Shown here one piece after another: positions 46,183 through 55,812 of a stretch of 64,000 nt of DNA; position 1 is the first letter of the stretch, and every line of letters starts with the position of its first letter. Under the pieces are notes generated by a model. The model did not search any database. It was not told where the DNA came from and worked only from the letters and a program-made list of their open reading frames with translations. Origin of the DNA: an uncultured Coriobacteriaceae bacterium (lineage in GTDB: Bacteria; Actinomycetota; Coriobacteriia; Coriobacteriales; Eggerthellaceae); assembly GCA_900550055.1 (NCBI GenBank), contig URQU01000003.1, positions 15,661 to 79,660 of the forward strand, written 5' to 3'. The position numbers were made by a program, and so were the translations under genes.

Positions 46183-46611
46183 CTACATATCCCAGATCTC
46201 GCTCAGCCGCTCATCGTCCGCGGCCTCCTCCTCGAAGCGGAACTCGTAGGGGATGGCCAACCTGGTGAGCTCAAAGGCCACCTTTCTGGTCATGGCGTTC
46301 GAGATCCGCGCCGCGCGCGCATCCTCCGCGGCTAAGTCCCGCTCGCGGAAGTAGGGGAGCGGGTAGGGGTTGCCGTCCGTCTCATCGACAATCTTCTCCA
46401 CCAGGCACCCGACCTCGCGCTCTTGGATTTCCGCCAGATTCTCGAGGTACTTCCATGCCACGGCAGTGGCGCGGGCTCGCGGCAGGCGCGGGCTTTCCCA
46501 GTTCTTGACGGTCTTCACGTCGACGCCCGCTGCCTCCGCGACGTCGGACTGGTAGAGCCCCAGGCTCTCGCGCAGCACCTTGAAGCCCGCCTTGGTGTGG
46601 ATGGTCTGCAT
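46183..46611 (-). CDS. XRE-family (Cro/C1-type) HTH transcriptional regulator
   Basis: LRESLGLYQSDVAEAAGVDVKTVKNWE is an XRE HTH. An AAAGGAA RBS lies before the ATG at 46611. Confidence 0.65.
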   Translation of the reverse strand: MQTIHTKAGFKVLRESLGLYQSDVAEAAGVDVKTVKNWESPRLPRARATAVAWKYLENLAEIQEREVGCLVEKIVDETDGNPYPLPYFRERDLAAEDARAARISNAMTRKVAFELTRLAIPYEFRFEEEAADDERLSEIWDM

Positions 46612-46626
46612 ATCCGTTCCTTTCAT

Positions 46627-47253
46627 CTAGATTCTCTTCTCGAAGAGCCCGTGATAGACCTCATCGATCTCGTCCTGGCATTCGCACAGGAATTCGCAGC
46701 GTCCGACCACGAGTGCGACGAAAAGCTCGTCGACGGTGGCAATGCCGTAATCGTGGAACCCCGCGGGAAGGTAGAGCGTCCCGTTGTAGGGCGCAGGTCC
46801 GACCCGGTAGCAAGAGAAGTCCCCGAAGGCCGATCCCTCCACGCGGTACAGGCTGTAGTAGTTCCCGGCACGCTTCGCAGCGTCGATCGCCTCCGTGTGG
46901 CCGGCGATATGGCGGATGATCTTCCCGTCCGCACGGTTCGCGGCCGCCTCGCGCGCGAGCGTGCGCAGCTCGGGCATGCGGTCGAGCGGGTCGACGGTGT
47001 GGACCGTATCCATGTGTTCCGTGAACCCCTCGCCGTCGCGCGTGATTTCGCTCACTGTGGCGACGAACCGGGCGAAACCGCGCTGGCAGACCCCGACCCT
47101 GGAGGCCGCCGAGACCTTATGCGCCGCACGCAGTGCCTCCTCCCGGCTGTCTCCCTCGTAATGCAGCTCCGACGAATGGAGCGGCCGCACGTCGATATCC
47201 TCGGTTCCCGTGAACAGCATCTCGCGCGATTCCGTCACGAAGATCGTTTCCAT
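46627..47253 (-). CDS. hypothetical protein (208 aa)
   Basis: The start is placed at METIFVTESRE with a GGGAGGA RBS. It is the last-but-one gene of a minus-strand operon. Confidence 0.5.
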   Translation of the reverse strand: METIFVTESREMLFTGTEDIDVRPLHSSELHYEGDSREEALRAAHKVSAASRVGVCQRGFARFVATVSEITRDGEGFTEHMDTVHTVDPLDRMPELRTLAREAAANRADGKIIRHIAGHTEAIDAAKRAGNYYSLYRVEGSAFGDFSCYRVGPAPYNGTLYLPAGFHDYGIATVDELFVALVVGRCEFLCECQDEIDEVYHGLFEKRI

Positions 47254-47524
47254 ATAGTCCTCCCATATGCGCACCGGGCGGCCCCATACCGCCTGCTCTA
47301 CCTCTCTTGTACCCCCTGAGGGGAAACGTAAACGCACGCCGCGGAAAAATCGCCGGACCGGGTTCGGGAAAAGGACGGGGCCGAAAACGGCCCCTGTCTT
47401 GAAATCTGGATATGGAATCAATCAATCATCGCCATGTCGAACGCTTATATGCGAACTCGGAATCGATCATCGCTGCGCAGTCCCTCCGAGGGCGGGGCCG
47501 TCGTGCTATCTGGCGGAACTAGCC

Positions 47525-48277
47525 TTATTTACCCGCCGTCGGGCGTAGCGCCAACAGGTCATTCCTGATCTCATCGAGCAGCTTCCTGCACTTGAGCTCC
47601 GCGGCCTCCATCGGGCTGACGTATCCATCCTCATGCGGGTCGAAAATCATATCCGGGTCTGGCAGCCATTTGCCGTCGTCCTCGCCGAAGGCGGTCTCGG
47701 TCATGATGTCGCAGAGGCCCAGAAGCCTGACGAAGATATCGCTCTCCCCGACATATGGGGTCGCGCGTCGGCACGCGCGGAGGTACACGTCGAGCGTCTG
47801 GAGGAACAGGTCCTCGGTGCCGATCTCCCAGGGAGGACGGGACTTATCGTCTTCCGGGTTCACCTTGATGTCGTGCAGAATCGAGTCCGGCACGCAGCGC
47901 AGGTCTGTAGTCGGCCAGACGAAATGATCGGTCTCCTCGCACAGGTCGAGGAAGTCGTAGGCCTGGTTCCATAGCACGCAGAGCACATCCAGCTGGTTTT
48001 CGGTGAGCTTTTCGTCCATGGTCCTATCTCCTGATTCTATGAGGAGGTCGGCGACGTCGATGTGCGCCCAGCAGGCGATATCCTCGACCTTCTCGAAGTC
48101 GCTCGGAGCGTGCGTCCCGCGCCGCCAGTCCTTAATCGATGAGATCGAGACGTGCATCGCGCCCGCGAGCTCCCGCATCCTGGCGGCGCCTTTGGCGCCG
48201 TGTCCTAGCAACGAATCGAACACGGCGGGGGAGAACGCGAACGTCCCGTCGCCAATCCTGTAGGTGTCTTTCCGCAT
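47525..48277 (-). CDS. HTH-domain protein (XRE-like N-terminus plus a C-terminal domain of unknown function)
   Basis: MRELAGAMHVSISSIKDWRRG is an XRE-like HTH. Confidence 0.5.
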   Translation of the reverse strand: MRKDTYRIGDGTFAFSPAVFDSLLGHGAKGAARMRELAGAMHVSISSIKDWRRGTHAPSDFEKVEDIACWAHIDVADLLIESGDRTMDEKLTENQLDVLCVLWNQAYDFLDLCEETDHFVWPTTDLRCVPDSILHDIKVNPEDDKSRPPWEIGTEDLFLQTLDVYLRACRRATPYVGESDIFVRLLGLCDIMTETAFGEDDGKWLPDPDMIFDPHEDGYVSPMEAAELKCRKLLDEIRNDLLALRPTAGK

Positions 48278-48358
48278 TGCGGCATCTCTCTTTCTCAATC
48301 CTTGCCGACAATGTTATCTGTGGCGCGGCCGTCTACGGAGACGAACCTGGACGGACCT

Positions 48359-48628
48359 CTACCCGTCCGGCTTCACGGAGAACCACAGACCGTCGTCGCA
48401 GATCAGCCCGCGCGCGACACATCGACCGCCGACGTCCACTAGGACGCCGGTCACGGTGGCGTCCGCCTTGCCGAACATGCTGGGGCAGGGCAGCGTCGCG
48501 CCGACCCTGGCGATCTCGAAGCGCCGCCCGTCGCACACGATTGCCCTCGGGGTGTTGAGCCCGCACTTTCGGTCGGTCTCGACCGCTATGGGGACGACCT
48601 TGGCGTCGAACCTGCTGCATCCGCCCAC
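48359..48628 (-). CDS. small hypothetical protein (89 aa)
   Basis: Its composition is unlike the Arg/Pro-rich antisense artefacts around it, and it fits the minus-strand operon. Confidence 0.35.
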   Translation of the reverse strand: MGGCSRFDAKVVPIAVETDRKCGLNTPRAIVCDGRRFEIARVGATLPCPSMFGKADATVTGVLVDVGGRCVARGLICDDGLWFSVKPDG

Positions 48629-48788
48629 GTGCCGGACCTCCCTCCCGCTCGGTATCGCGCGCCACGCGCGCGATACCCCCGCCGTCTCCCACCCTGGATA
48701 CCGCCCTGCGATCCCAACGGGGAGGGCATCCGGGGCGGTACCGCCCGCGCTGCGGTCTCACCGCGCAGCAGGCGGCCTATGGCCATGC

Positions 48789-49520
48789 CTATTCGGCCGA
48801 CCCGATGCGGTTGCCGTTCGTGTAGTCGGAATAGGCCCGCTCCCAAGCGTCCTGCACGCGGCGGGAGTCGCATATCTTGCAGAAGATACCCGTCTTGGGC
48901 GAGCCGTCGCGCAGCATGAACGTGATGAAGCAGAAGTCTCCGATATCGGGATCCTCGTTCATCATCATGGCGCCGCAGGTGTCCAGCACCTCGCGGTTGT
49001 CCTCCTGCGACCCGCCGAGGATATCGATCGTGCAGGTGGCCGTATCCGACGGTCCGACGAGGCCATCCGGCACCGCCGGCAGTGCATCCGGGTCGGTTCC
49101 GTCGATCTCCCCAAGGATGCGCGTCTCGAACGTCGAGTTTGCTGCGCGCAGGCGTCCGAGTGCGTCCGCGTATGCGATCGACGAGACGAGGCGTTCGAGC
49201 TCCCTGGCGGCAGCCTCGGCGCTGTCCGCATATCCCCGCGGGTCCTTTTCCATGAGCGCGTCGGCGAGCATGGCGACGGCCGCCTCGGCAACCCTGCCGG
49301 ACTTGCCCATGTCGTCGGCGCACTCGCCGGCGAGTGCCGACAGCGCGCTCGAGTAGAAGGGGATGTCGCTGCGGCGTCCGAACCTCTCGGCCACGCGCCC
49401 GCAGGACTCCCTCCATCGTTCCATCAGCGCGAGCCTCAGGTTCGCCGTCTCATCGTGCTCGATGGGCGACACCGTGTCGTGATCCGTAGCCATGTCCATA
49501 TCCTTCCGTTTCCGTTCCAT
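48789..49520 (-). CDS. acidic hypothetical protein (about 235 to 243 aa)
   Basis: It is a clean acidic ORF. The overlapping 439-aa plus-strand ORF is Arg/Pro-rich junk. The start is 49493 to 49520. Confidence 0.55.
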   Translation of the reverse strand: MERKRKDMDMATDHDTVSPIEHDETANLRLALMERWRESCGRVAERFGRRSDIPFYSSALSALAGECADDMGKSGRVAEAAVAMLADALMEKDPRGYADSAEAAARELERLVSSIAYADALGRLRAANSTFETRILGEIDGTDPDALPAVPDGLVGPSDTATCTIDILGGSQEDNREVLDTCGAMMMNEDPDIGDFCFITFMLRDGSPKTGIFCKICDSRRVQDAWERAYSDYTNGNRIGSAE

Positions 49521-49710
49521 CCCGCTCCCACGGCTTCCCTAGAGAGCCGTTTACCCCGAATCGCCCCCGCTCATGCCCGCTAAATTGAGATCGGGGAGGA
49601 AGGCCGCCTGTCCGTATCTTCCCGTCCGCATCGGAATCGGCTGTTTCCGATGCGCCCGAACGGGGTATCAACTGGTAATACCGAATGAACGACTTGGGCA
49701 AGGAGCAGCC

Positions 49711-50142
49711 ATGTATACGGACGATGACGAGATCGGGCGCGCCGTCGCTGCCGATCTGGAGGAATGCTGGCAAGGCGAGGGCTGGTACCGAATCTGCTTC
49801 ACCGACGGGATGGGATCGTATCCGGCCACATGGTATGGAACCGAAGCGGACCTTGCCGACGACCTTCGCGGTGCCTACGGGGATGCCGGCGAGATCCATC
49901 TGCCCTACGCCGAAATCTCTGTGATCGATCAGGCGGTCGAGAAGGTCTGGCAGGGCGAGGGATGGTATCGGGTGACGGGCGGCGACGGCGAGAAATGGGA
50001 GCCGGACTTCTACGTTACACGCGAATGCCTAGTCGCCGCACTGCGCGACGCCTACGACGAGGCATCCTTCAGCGGCGCCATATGCGTCCCACGTGTAGAG
50101 CCGGCCCCGGACCCTAACCGGCGCCGAACGCACGCCTTCTGA
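49711..50142 (+). CDS. hypothetical protein with an internal duplication (WQGEGWYR ... twice)
   Basis: An AAGGAG RBS sits 5 nt before the ATG at 49711. Confidence 0.5.
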   Translation: MYTDDDEIGRAVAADLEECWQGEGWYRICFTDGMGSYPATWYGTEADLADDLRGAYGDAGEIHLPYAEISVIDQAVEKVWQGEGWYRVTGGDGEKWEPDFYVTRECLVAALRDAYDEASFSGAICVPRVEPAPDPNRRRTHAF

Positions 50143-50308
50143 ACCGCCCCGTGATTCAAACTGGGCGAGAACCGAACCGGAGGAATCGCTACGCGTTTCC
50201 CACAACCGGCTGCCTACGGGACGTATGGGGTCCCTCCGGTCATCCGGCCATGGAAAACGCCGGGCTCCGGTGCCAGCCCAATACATAGCCGCACAAACGC
50301 ACATCTAT

Positions 50309-50341
50309 GCGCTTACGCATCTGAGCATCTGGGTACATACA
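50309..50341 (+). promoter_or_regulatory. element promoter-motif copy 3 (CTTACG, 16 nt, TACATA)
   Basis: The sequence is gcgCTTACGcatctgagcatctgggTACATAc, about 55 nt upstream of ssb. Confidence 0.5.
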
Positions 50342-50395
50342 TGGCGACGAAGGCGGGGGATCGGCCCCCCGTCGGAACCGAAAGGATAGAAGCCA

Positions 50396-50821
50396 ATGAG
50401 CATCAACCGAGTCAACATCACCGGAAACCTCACCCGCGATCCCGAGCTCCGCGCCACCGCGGCCGGCACCCAGGTGCTCTCGTTCGGCATCGCCGTCAAC
50501 GATCGCCGAAAGAACCCGCAGACCGGCGAGTGGGAGGACTATCCCAATTACATCGACTGTACCATGTTCGGCACCCGCGCCGAGGCTGTCGGCCGCTATA
50601 TCTCCAAGGGGAGCAAGGTCGCGATCGAGGGCAAGCTGCGCTATAGCTCCTGGGAGCGCGACGGCCAGAAGCGCAGCAAGCTCGAGGTCATCGTCGACGA
50701 GATCGAGTTCATGAACTCCCGCCCTGCCGCGTCTCCTGCTGCCGCGGTTGATGGTGGACAGCAGTATGCGGTCCCCGAGGCTCCCGCCGTCGAGGTTGCG
50801 GACGAGGACATCCCGTTCTAG
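50396..50821 (+). CDS. ssb: single-stranded DNA-binding protein
   Basis: MSINRVNITGNLTRDPELR is an SSB OB-fold N-terminus. A flexible linker and an acidic tail ending DEDIPF follow. Confidence 0.9.
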   Translation: MSINRVNITGNLTRDPELRATAAGTQVLSFGIAVNDRRKNPQTGEWEDYPNYIDCTMFGTRAEAVGRYISKGSKVAIEGKLRYSSWERDGQKRSKLEVIVDEIEFMNSRPAASPAAAVDGGQQYAVPEAPAVEVADEDIPF

Positions 50822-51058
50822 CCGACCCGTACAACCCCATACTCAAGTGATCGCCCCACCGGAGACGGCGGGGCTTTTTCATGCCGTAGCCCGTCTCCAC
50901 ACGTTTCCCACACCCGGCTGCCTATGGGACGGATGGGGTCCCGCCGGTCATCCGGCCATGGAAATCGCAGGCCAGGGGCCTGCCGACCGGTGTCCGGGCG
51001 GCCCGCTGGGCAAATTATCGAATTACGCAGACGCATATGTGCGCATTTTCGTGTTTGT

Positions 51059-51091
51059 GCGTTTACGCATGTGCGCAGCTGGGTACATACA
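51059..51091 (+). promoter_or_regulatory. element promoter-motif copy 4 (TTTACG, 16 nt, TACATA)
   Basis: The sequence is gcgTTTACGcatgtgcgcagctgggTACATAc. Confidence 0.5.
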
Positions 51092-51157
51092 TACCAGCGG
51101 CAAGGGAGGCCGCGACCGCGTCGGCGCGGGATCGCCGAATATCGGAAGGAGGCCGTC

Positions 51158-51430
51158 ATGGCCGGTTGCAAGAGGGAAGTAATGGAGCCGAGCGGAAGGG
51201 AGAAGGTCGCCGCCGCCGCCGCGCTGGTCGCGGGGCTCGTCGGGATGTGGTTCATGCTCGCATACAGCTATGTCTACATCAACTGCGCCGTGTTCCCGGT
51301 GGCGGGCGCGCTCATCGCGTACGCCTACGACGTGGCGGAGAGGACGGTGGCGGCACGGAAGGAGTGCTGCCGCAAGGTCGAAACGCGCCGCGCGTATCGC
51401 GCCGCGAGGGCGTCGGAATACGGTGCATAG
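51158..51430 (+). CDS. small membrane protein, hypothetical
   Basis: A GGAAGGAGG RBS sits 5 nt before the ATG. It has two TM helices. Confidence 0.45.
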   Translation: MAGCKREVMEPSGREKVAAAAALVAGLVGMWFMLAYSYVYINCAVFPVAGALIAYAYDVAERTVAARKECCRKVETRRAYRAARASEYGA

Positions 51431-51484
51431 CGGCGCCGGCGGGCAAGAATAAGTAAACGCGCATCCGCACAGGTATGCAGATGT

Positions 51485-51517
51485 GCGTTTACGCATCCGC
51501 ATAACTGGGTACATATA
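51485..51517 (+). promoter_or_regulatory. element promoter-motif copy 5 (TTTACG, 16 nt, TACATA)
   Basis: The sequence is gcgTTTACGcatccgcataactgggTACATAt. A long GC-rich leader separates it from parA. Confidence 0.5.
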
Positions 51518-51660
51518 TGGCAGCGGCAGGGCCCTAGCGCCCTGCCGTCGGCGGATGCGGGACCGGTAGCGACTCGCCGGCCCCGTGCCCGCCGCCGGCA
51601 GGCGGCAGATATCCGAGAAGGCCGCCCGGAAATCGGGCGGCACCCGTAGAAGGGAAGCAC

Positions 51661-52209
51661 ATGAAGACAATCGTTTTGGTCAACCAAAAGGGCGGCGTCG
51701 GCAAGACGACGTTCGCCGACGAGATCGCCTGGGGCCTCGAGCGCCGCGGGCGTGAGGTCGGCTTCATCAACCTCGACCCGCAGGGCGGCGCGAGTCACGA
51801 GCAGAAGACCGTCGAGGGCGAGAAGGCCGTCACCGTCGTCGACACCCCGGGCTATCTGAACGACAAGCTCGGCGGCTGCGTGGAGGTCGCCGACATCGCG
51901 ATCGTCCCCGTCGAGCCCAGCCAGCGCGGCCTTCGCGCGATGAAGCGCACGATCCAGCTCATCACGGGCGTCAACCCCGAGCTCGAGATCGGCCTGATCG
52001 TGAACCGCTATTCCGACAAGCGAATCATCGACCGCAGCTTTACCGACTTCCTCACCGCCGACGACCTGCCCATCCTGGGCTGCGTGCCGACCGCCGAGGC
52101 GTTCAAGCGCGGCGCGTCGTTCAACCGACCGGTGTCCGAGGTGCAGCCGGGCGGCCGCGCGGCGGACGCGATCGAGGGGATTCTGGACAAGGTGGAGGCG
52201 ATGCTGTAA
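51661..52209 (+). CDS. parA: ParA/MinD-family partition ATPase (small type)
   Basis: It has the deviant Walker A NQKGGVGKTT and is 182 aa. Confidence 0.85.
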   Translation: MKTIVLVNQKGGVGKTTFADEIAWGLERRGREVGFINLDPQGGASHEQKTVEGEKAVTVVDTPGYLNDKLGGCVEVADIAIVPVEPSQRGLRAMKRTIQLITGVNPELEIGLIVNRYSDKRIIDRSFTDFLTADDLPILGCVPTAEAFKRGASFNRPVSEVQPGGRAADAIEGILDKVEAML

Positions 52210-52508
52210 TGGCGAGGACTAAGAAGGCGGACTCCGCCATCAACAGCTTTTTCACTGACACCTCCAAGGAGATGGTCGAGCGCCAGGAGACGATCGTCGA
52301 GAAGGTCGTGAACCCCGACTCCGAGCCGGCAGCTGAGAAAAAGGCGGCGGCCTCTGAGGGCCCGACGCACCGCCTGAGCGTGATCGTCCCCGACGACCTC
52401 TACTGGCAGCTCAAGGAGTACCTGGTGGAGCACCGCCGCGAGGGCTACCGCAGTGCGAGCGACCTCATGCGCTCGCTGCTCGAGGAGCATCTGCGCAAGG
52501 ACCGCTAG
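52209..52508 (+). CDS. ribbon-helix-helix partition/centromere-binding protein (ParG/CopG-like)
   Basis: Its start overlaps the parA stop by ATG/TAA. THRLSVIVPDDLYWQLKEY is an RHH beta-strand and helix. Confidence 0.55.
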   Translation: MARTKKADSAINSFFTDTSKEMVERQETIVEKVVNPDSEPAAEKKAAASEGPTHRLSVIVPDDLYWQLKEYLVEHRREGYRSASDLMRSLLEEHLRKDR

Positions 52509-52624
52509 GCCGGTCGGAACGTCATCGAATAGAAGGGAAAACGGAAATGACAGCATTCGAGTACAGCGCCCAGGGCTACCGCGTCGCGCCCTATATCGCG
52601 GATCTCGGCAAGAAGGAGGCCTAG

Positions 52625-53191
52625 ATGGATGCCGATGCCGGGCGCGTCCGCACCGCCCTGCGACTCCAGGCCGTCGCGGCCCGCGTCCACCACATGGACT
52701 GTGCGGGTTTCGCCGAGGAGGTGTGCGATGCCGTGGACGTCGCCGGACGTCTGGGCTATCTGGGTTGCTTGCACGCGGTTGTGAGGCTCGCGGCGGCCCG
52801 CGAGGCGATGCCGGACGCCGACGGGATGACGTGCGGCGAGCTAGGCTGTCTCGCCGGCCTCCGCCGCCAGGCGCGCGCCACCGACACGCTGGATGCCGAC
52901 AGCTTCACCGCCCGCATCCTCGCTGCCCTGGATATCAAGGGGTGGTCGGATCGATCTTCCTACCAAATCGCGGCGATGCGCCTGGCCGACCTGATTGCCC
53001 CGGTCTCGCTGATGGCGTCGCCGGAGCGCACGGAGCGCGGAGACCGCGCCCTGTATTCCTACACCTGCGGGCGATGCGGCGCACGCGTGACCGTATCGGT
53101 GTGCACGCGTTGCCCGTCCTGCGGCGCCCCCATGGTCGCCGCAGGACATGGCGCTCCGGTGATGAAAGGGGCGATCCATGTCGACTCGTAA
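52625..53191 (+). CDS. hypothetical protein with a C-terminal Zn ribbon
   Basis: The Zn ribbon is CGRCGARVTVSVCTRCPSCGAP. An AAGGAGG RBS is upstream. Confidence 0.5.
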   Translation: MDADAGRVRTALRLQAVAARVHHMDCAGFAEEVCDAVDVAGRLGYLGCLHAVVRLAAAREAMPDADGMTCGELGCLAGLRRQARATDTLDADSFTARILAALDIKGWSDRSSYQIAAMRLADLIAPVSLMASPERTERGDRALYSYTCGRCGARVTVSVCTRCPSCGAPMVAAGHGAPVMKGAIHVDS

Positions 53192-53807
53192 GCTGATAAA
53201 GGGCGACCGCTACCGCGCCGGGCTGTGGAAGCTGGAGGAGCGCTGCTATGAGGCGCACGTCCGCATGCCGAACGCCAAGTTCATGATCAGAACGTACCGC
53301 TGTACGCAAGGCGAGGCGGTCGCGAAGTTCGATTCGTGGGTGGAGGCGGAAGGCCTCGACCTCGCTGAGGATGGGGCCAGGGAAGCCTGCGAGGGCAGCA
53401 TCGACGACGGTATGGGGACTGCGAGGCGCCCGTTAAACCGCGAGGAGCGCCGTGCGATGGAACGCCGCGACCGAAAGATAAAGAAGCGCCAGGCGCGAAA
53501 GGCGGCATCGGAGGCCGATGCCGCGCGACAGTCACAGGATATGGGGAAGGAAGAGACGGAAATGCAGAAGGTATCGAAAACGGACGGGCAGAAGACGGCG
53601 GCCGCGGGGACAAAGGCTCCGGAGACGGAGCCGGCCAGGTGCTACACGCTCATGTGCACGGGCGATCTGGGGACGGCCCCGGTGATGGTATTCCGCAACG
53701 AGGGCGACGCGAACGACATGATGCGCGCCCTGGAGCAGGTCGCGAAGGTGACGTCGCCCGATACCGTCTACGACGTTATGGAGGCCCCGTTCAAGGAGGC
53801 CATTTGA
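53178..53807 (+). CDS. hypothetical protein (209 aa, charged)
   Basis: It is a clean ORF overlapping the upstream gene end. Confidence 0.45.
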   Translation: MSTRKLIKGDRYRAGLWKLEERCYEAHVRMPNAKFMIRTYRCTQGEAVAKFDSWVEAEGLDLAEDGAREACEGSIDDGMGTARRPLNREERRAMERRDRKIKKRQARKAASEADAARQSQDMGKEETEMQKVSKTDGQKTAAAGTKAPETEPARCYTLMCTGDLGTAPVMVFRNEGDANDMMRALEQVAKVTSPDTVYDVMEAPFKEAI

Positions 53808-53810
53808 AGG

Positions 53811-55631
53811 GTGCTGAGGGGCCGGGGAGTGCAGGCCGCACAGCTGCCCGAACCTGCCGCCGTCCCAGTCCAGCGCCCCGCGTCTCCCGCCCTGGCTCCC
53901 GCACTGAGGACCATATCGGGAGAGACACCGCACTACCGCGCGCGCTTCGAGGTCGCAGCGGCCGACGGCGCGGACGCGGCCGAGGCCGTGAAGGAGATCG
54001 TCATGGGCTGGCTGCACGCCAAGGGCCTGGACGTACCGGAGGGCGCCGCGGACATCGCGGTGCCCGCGGGCTGGACGGCCGCCGACGAGCCCGACGCCGC
54101 CAAGGCCGTCCGCTTTCTCGGCCTATCCGGCGCGCAAGGCGCGGCATGGGCGGTCGAGGCCGATGAGCTCGACGGCGAGTTCTCGCGCCGCCGCTGGCAC
54201 ACGAGGATCGGCCTCGCACCCGCCGGAGACGGCGGGTGCATCCTCAACGTGCAGGTATCGCACTACGCCGTCAACGGCTTTTTCGGATACCAGCGCAACC
54301 CGCTGCCGTCCGTGCCGCGCGTCGTGCGCGATATCCTTGCGAACGGAAAGCTAGACGTGAGGATCGGCGCGTCGCGTGTGAGCGTCGAGGAGATATACCT
54401 TGACGCGGACACGCTAAAGCGCGATTTCATGTCGAGCCTGACCGATCGCGCGCGCTGCCTGCCGATCGTCCTCATGACGACCGACGACGACGGCAAGACC
54501 CCCGTATGGGATGCGACCGAGCTCGCATCGAAGCTCGTGGGCATGGCCACCGTGTACGTCATCGACATGCGCGACGGCGCGTTGGTGCAGGCGTTCCGCG
54601 ACCTGCTGCCCGACCGGACACCGGCCGGGCGCTACAGGATCGGGCGCAGCGCGGTCATGGTATACCGTCCGGGCATCGACCTGTCGGGCGAGGAATCTCT
54701 ATCGGCCTGCACGCTCTTCACGCGCCACAGAATCGAGCGCTATGCCGCGGGCGGGCGCGACGGTTTCATCAACGTGCTCATGCAGGGCCTCGGCCGCGGC
54801 ATCGACGCCCGACCGGGCGACGTCGCCGGAATCGGCGACGTGCTGTGGCTGCGCAGCCGAGTCGAGAGCGAGCGGCAGGGCGAGCGCATCGAGCGCCTGC
54901 GCTCGCGCGCGAAGGCGGCAGCCGAGCCGGTCGCCGATATCGACGGGCTGCGCGCGGAGAACGCGCGCCTGCGTGCCGATGCCGAGGCCTGGGAGGAGAT
55001 CGCGACGGACCAGGAGCGGAGCTATTCCGACGGCACGGCAAAGGTGGACGAGCTCACGAGGACCGTCCAGCGCCTCGAAGGCGAGAAGCGCGCGCTCGAA
55101 CGCAAGGCGGCGCAGTGCGCGGCACCGTCGGACGACGACGGTGCCGCGAGGGTGGCCGAATGCCTCCAGTCGATCCCGCGCGACCTGACGGACCTCCTGA
55201 AGCTCGCGCGATCCATCTGGCCCGAACGTATCGTCGTCCTGCCCGAGGCAATGGACTCCGCGAAGTCCTACGACGGCAACCTCGCCGAGGAATGGGATAT
55301 CGTCCGCAGCACCGCGACGGCGCTCTACGGCCTCCTGTTCGAGGACGACGGTTGCGAGGGGCAGGTCGCAGACGAGTTCCAGCGCCGTACGGGCTACGAG
55401 CTCACCTTCAGCGAGAGCAGCGCCACCAGGGCGCGCGCCGATCTGATGAAGATGCGCGAGAGGAGCTACGGCGGCCGAACCGTCGACATCTCCGCCCACA
55501 TCAAGGGGAGGAGCCAGAAGAACACCTTCCGCCTTCACTTCTACATCGATCGGGAAAACGAGCTGATAGTCATAGGGCATGCCGGATGCCACATGAAGAC
55601 CGCCGGCTCGCACCGTCGCGGTTTCAAGTAG
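53811..55631 (+). CDS. large hypothetical protein (606 aa) with a central coiled-coil segment
   Basis: It has no motif I recognise. The coiled-coil segment reads ENARLRADAEAWEE ... LEGEKRALERKAAQ. Confidence 0.55.
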   Translation: MLRGRGVQAAQLPEPAAVPVQRPASPALAPALRTISGETPHYRARFEVAAADGADAAEAVKEIVMGWLHAKGLDVPEGAADIAVPAGWTAADEPDAAKAVRFLGLSGAQGAAWAVEADELDGEFSRRRWHTRIGLAPAGDGGCILNVQVSHYAVNGFFGYQRNPLPSVPRVVRDILANGKLDVRIGASRVSVEEIYLDADTLKRDFMSSLTDRARCLPIVLMTTDDDGKTPVWDATELASKLVGMATVYVIDMRDGALVQAFRDLLPDRTPAGRYRIGRSAVMVYRPGIDLSGEESLSACTLFTRHRIERYAAGGRDGFINVLMQGLGRGIDARPGDVAGIGDVLWLRSRVESERQGERIERLRSRAKAAAEPVADIDGLRAENARLRADAEAWEEIATDQERSYSDGTAKVDELTRTVQRLEGEKRALERKAAQCAAPSDDDGAARVAECLQSIPRDLTDLLKLARSIWPERIVVLPEAMDSAKSYDGNLAEEWDIVRSTATALYGLLFEDDGCEGQVADEFQRRTGYELTFSESSATRARADLMKMRERSYGGRTVDISAHIKGRSQKNTFRLHFYIDRENELIVIGHAGCHMKTAGSHRRGFK

Positions 55632-55812
55632 CACAGATCCCCGCCATCGGAACCGATGGCGGGGATCCTTTTTGAGCAACGCGCGAAACAGGCGGCGGAA
55701 ACGGCCCGCGCAATTGCAGGACTGCGGATACGGCGGCCGGCGTTTGGGACCGGGCGCTTTTGGGTAGCATCGAATGGTAATGCCGGCGACGTGACCAGAG
55801 GGGAGGGAGAAT

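Noticed and set aside
48264-49583. 439-aa plus-strand ORF
   Set aside because: It is Arg/Pro-rich and overlaps two cleaner minus-strand genes that fit an operon.
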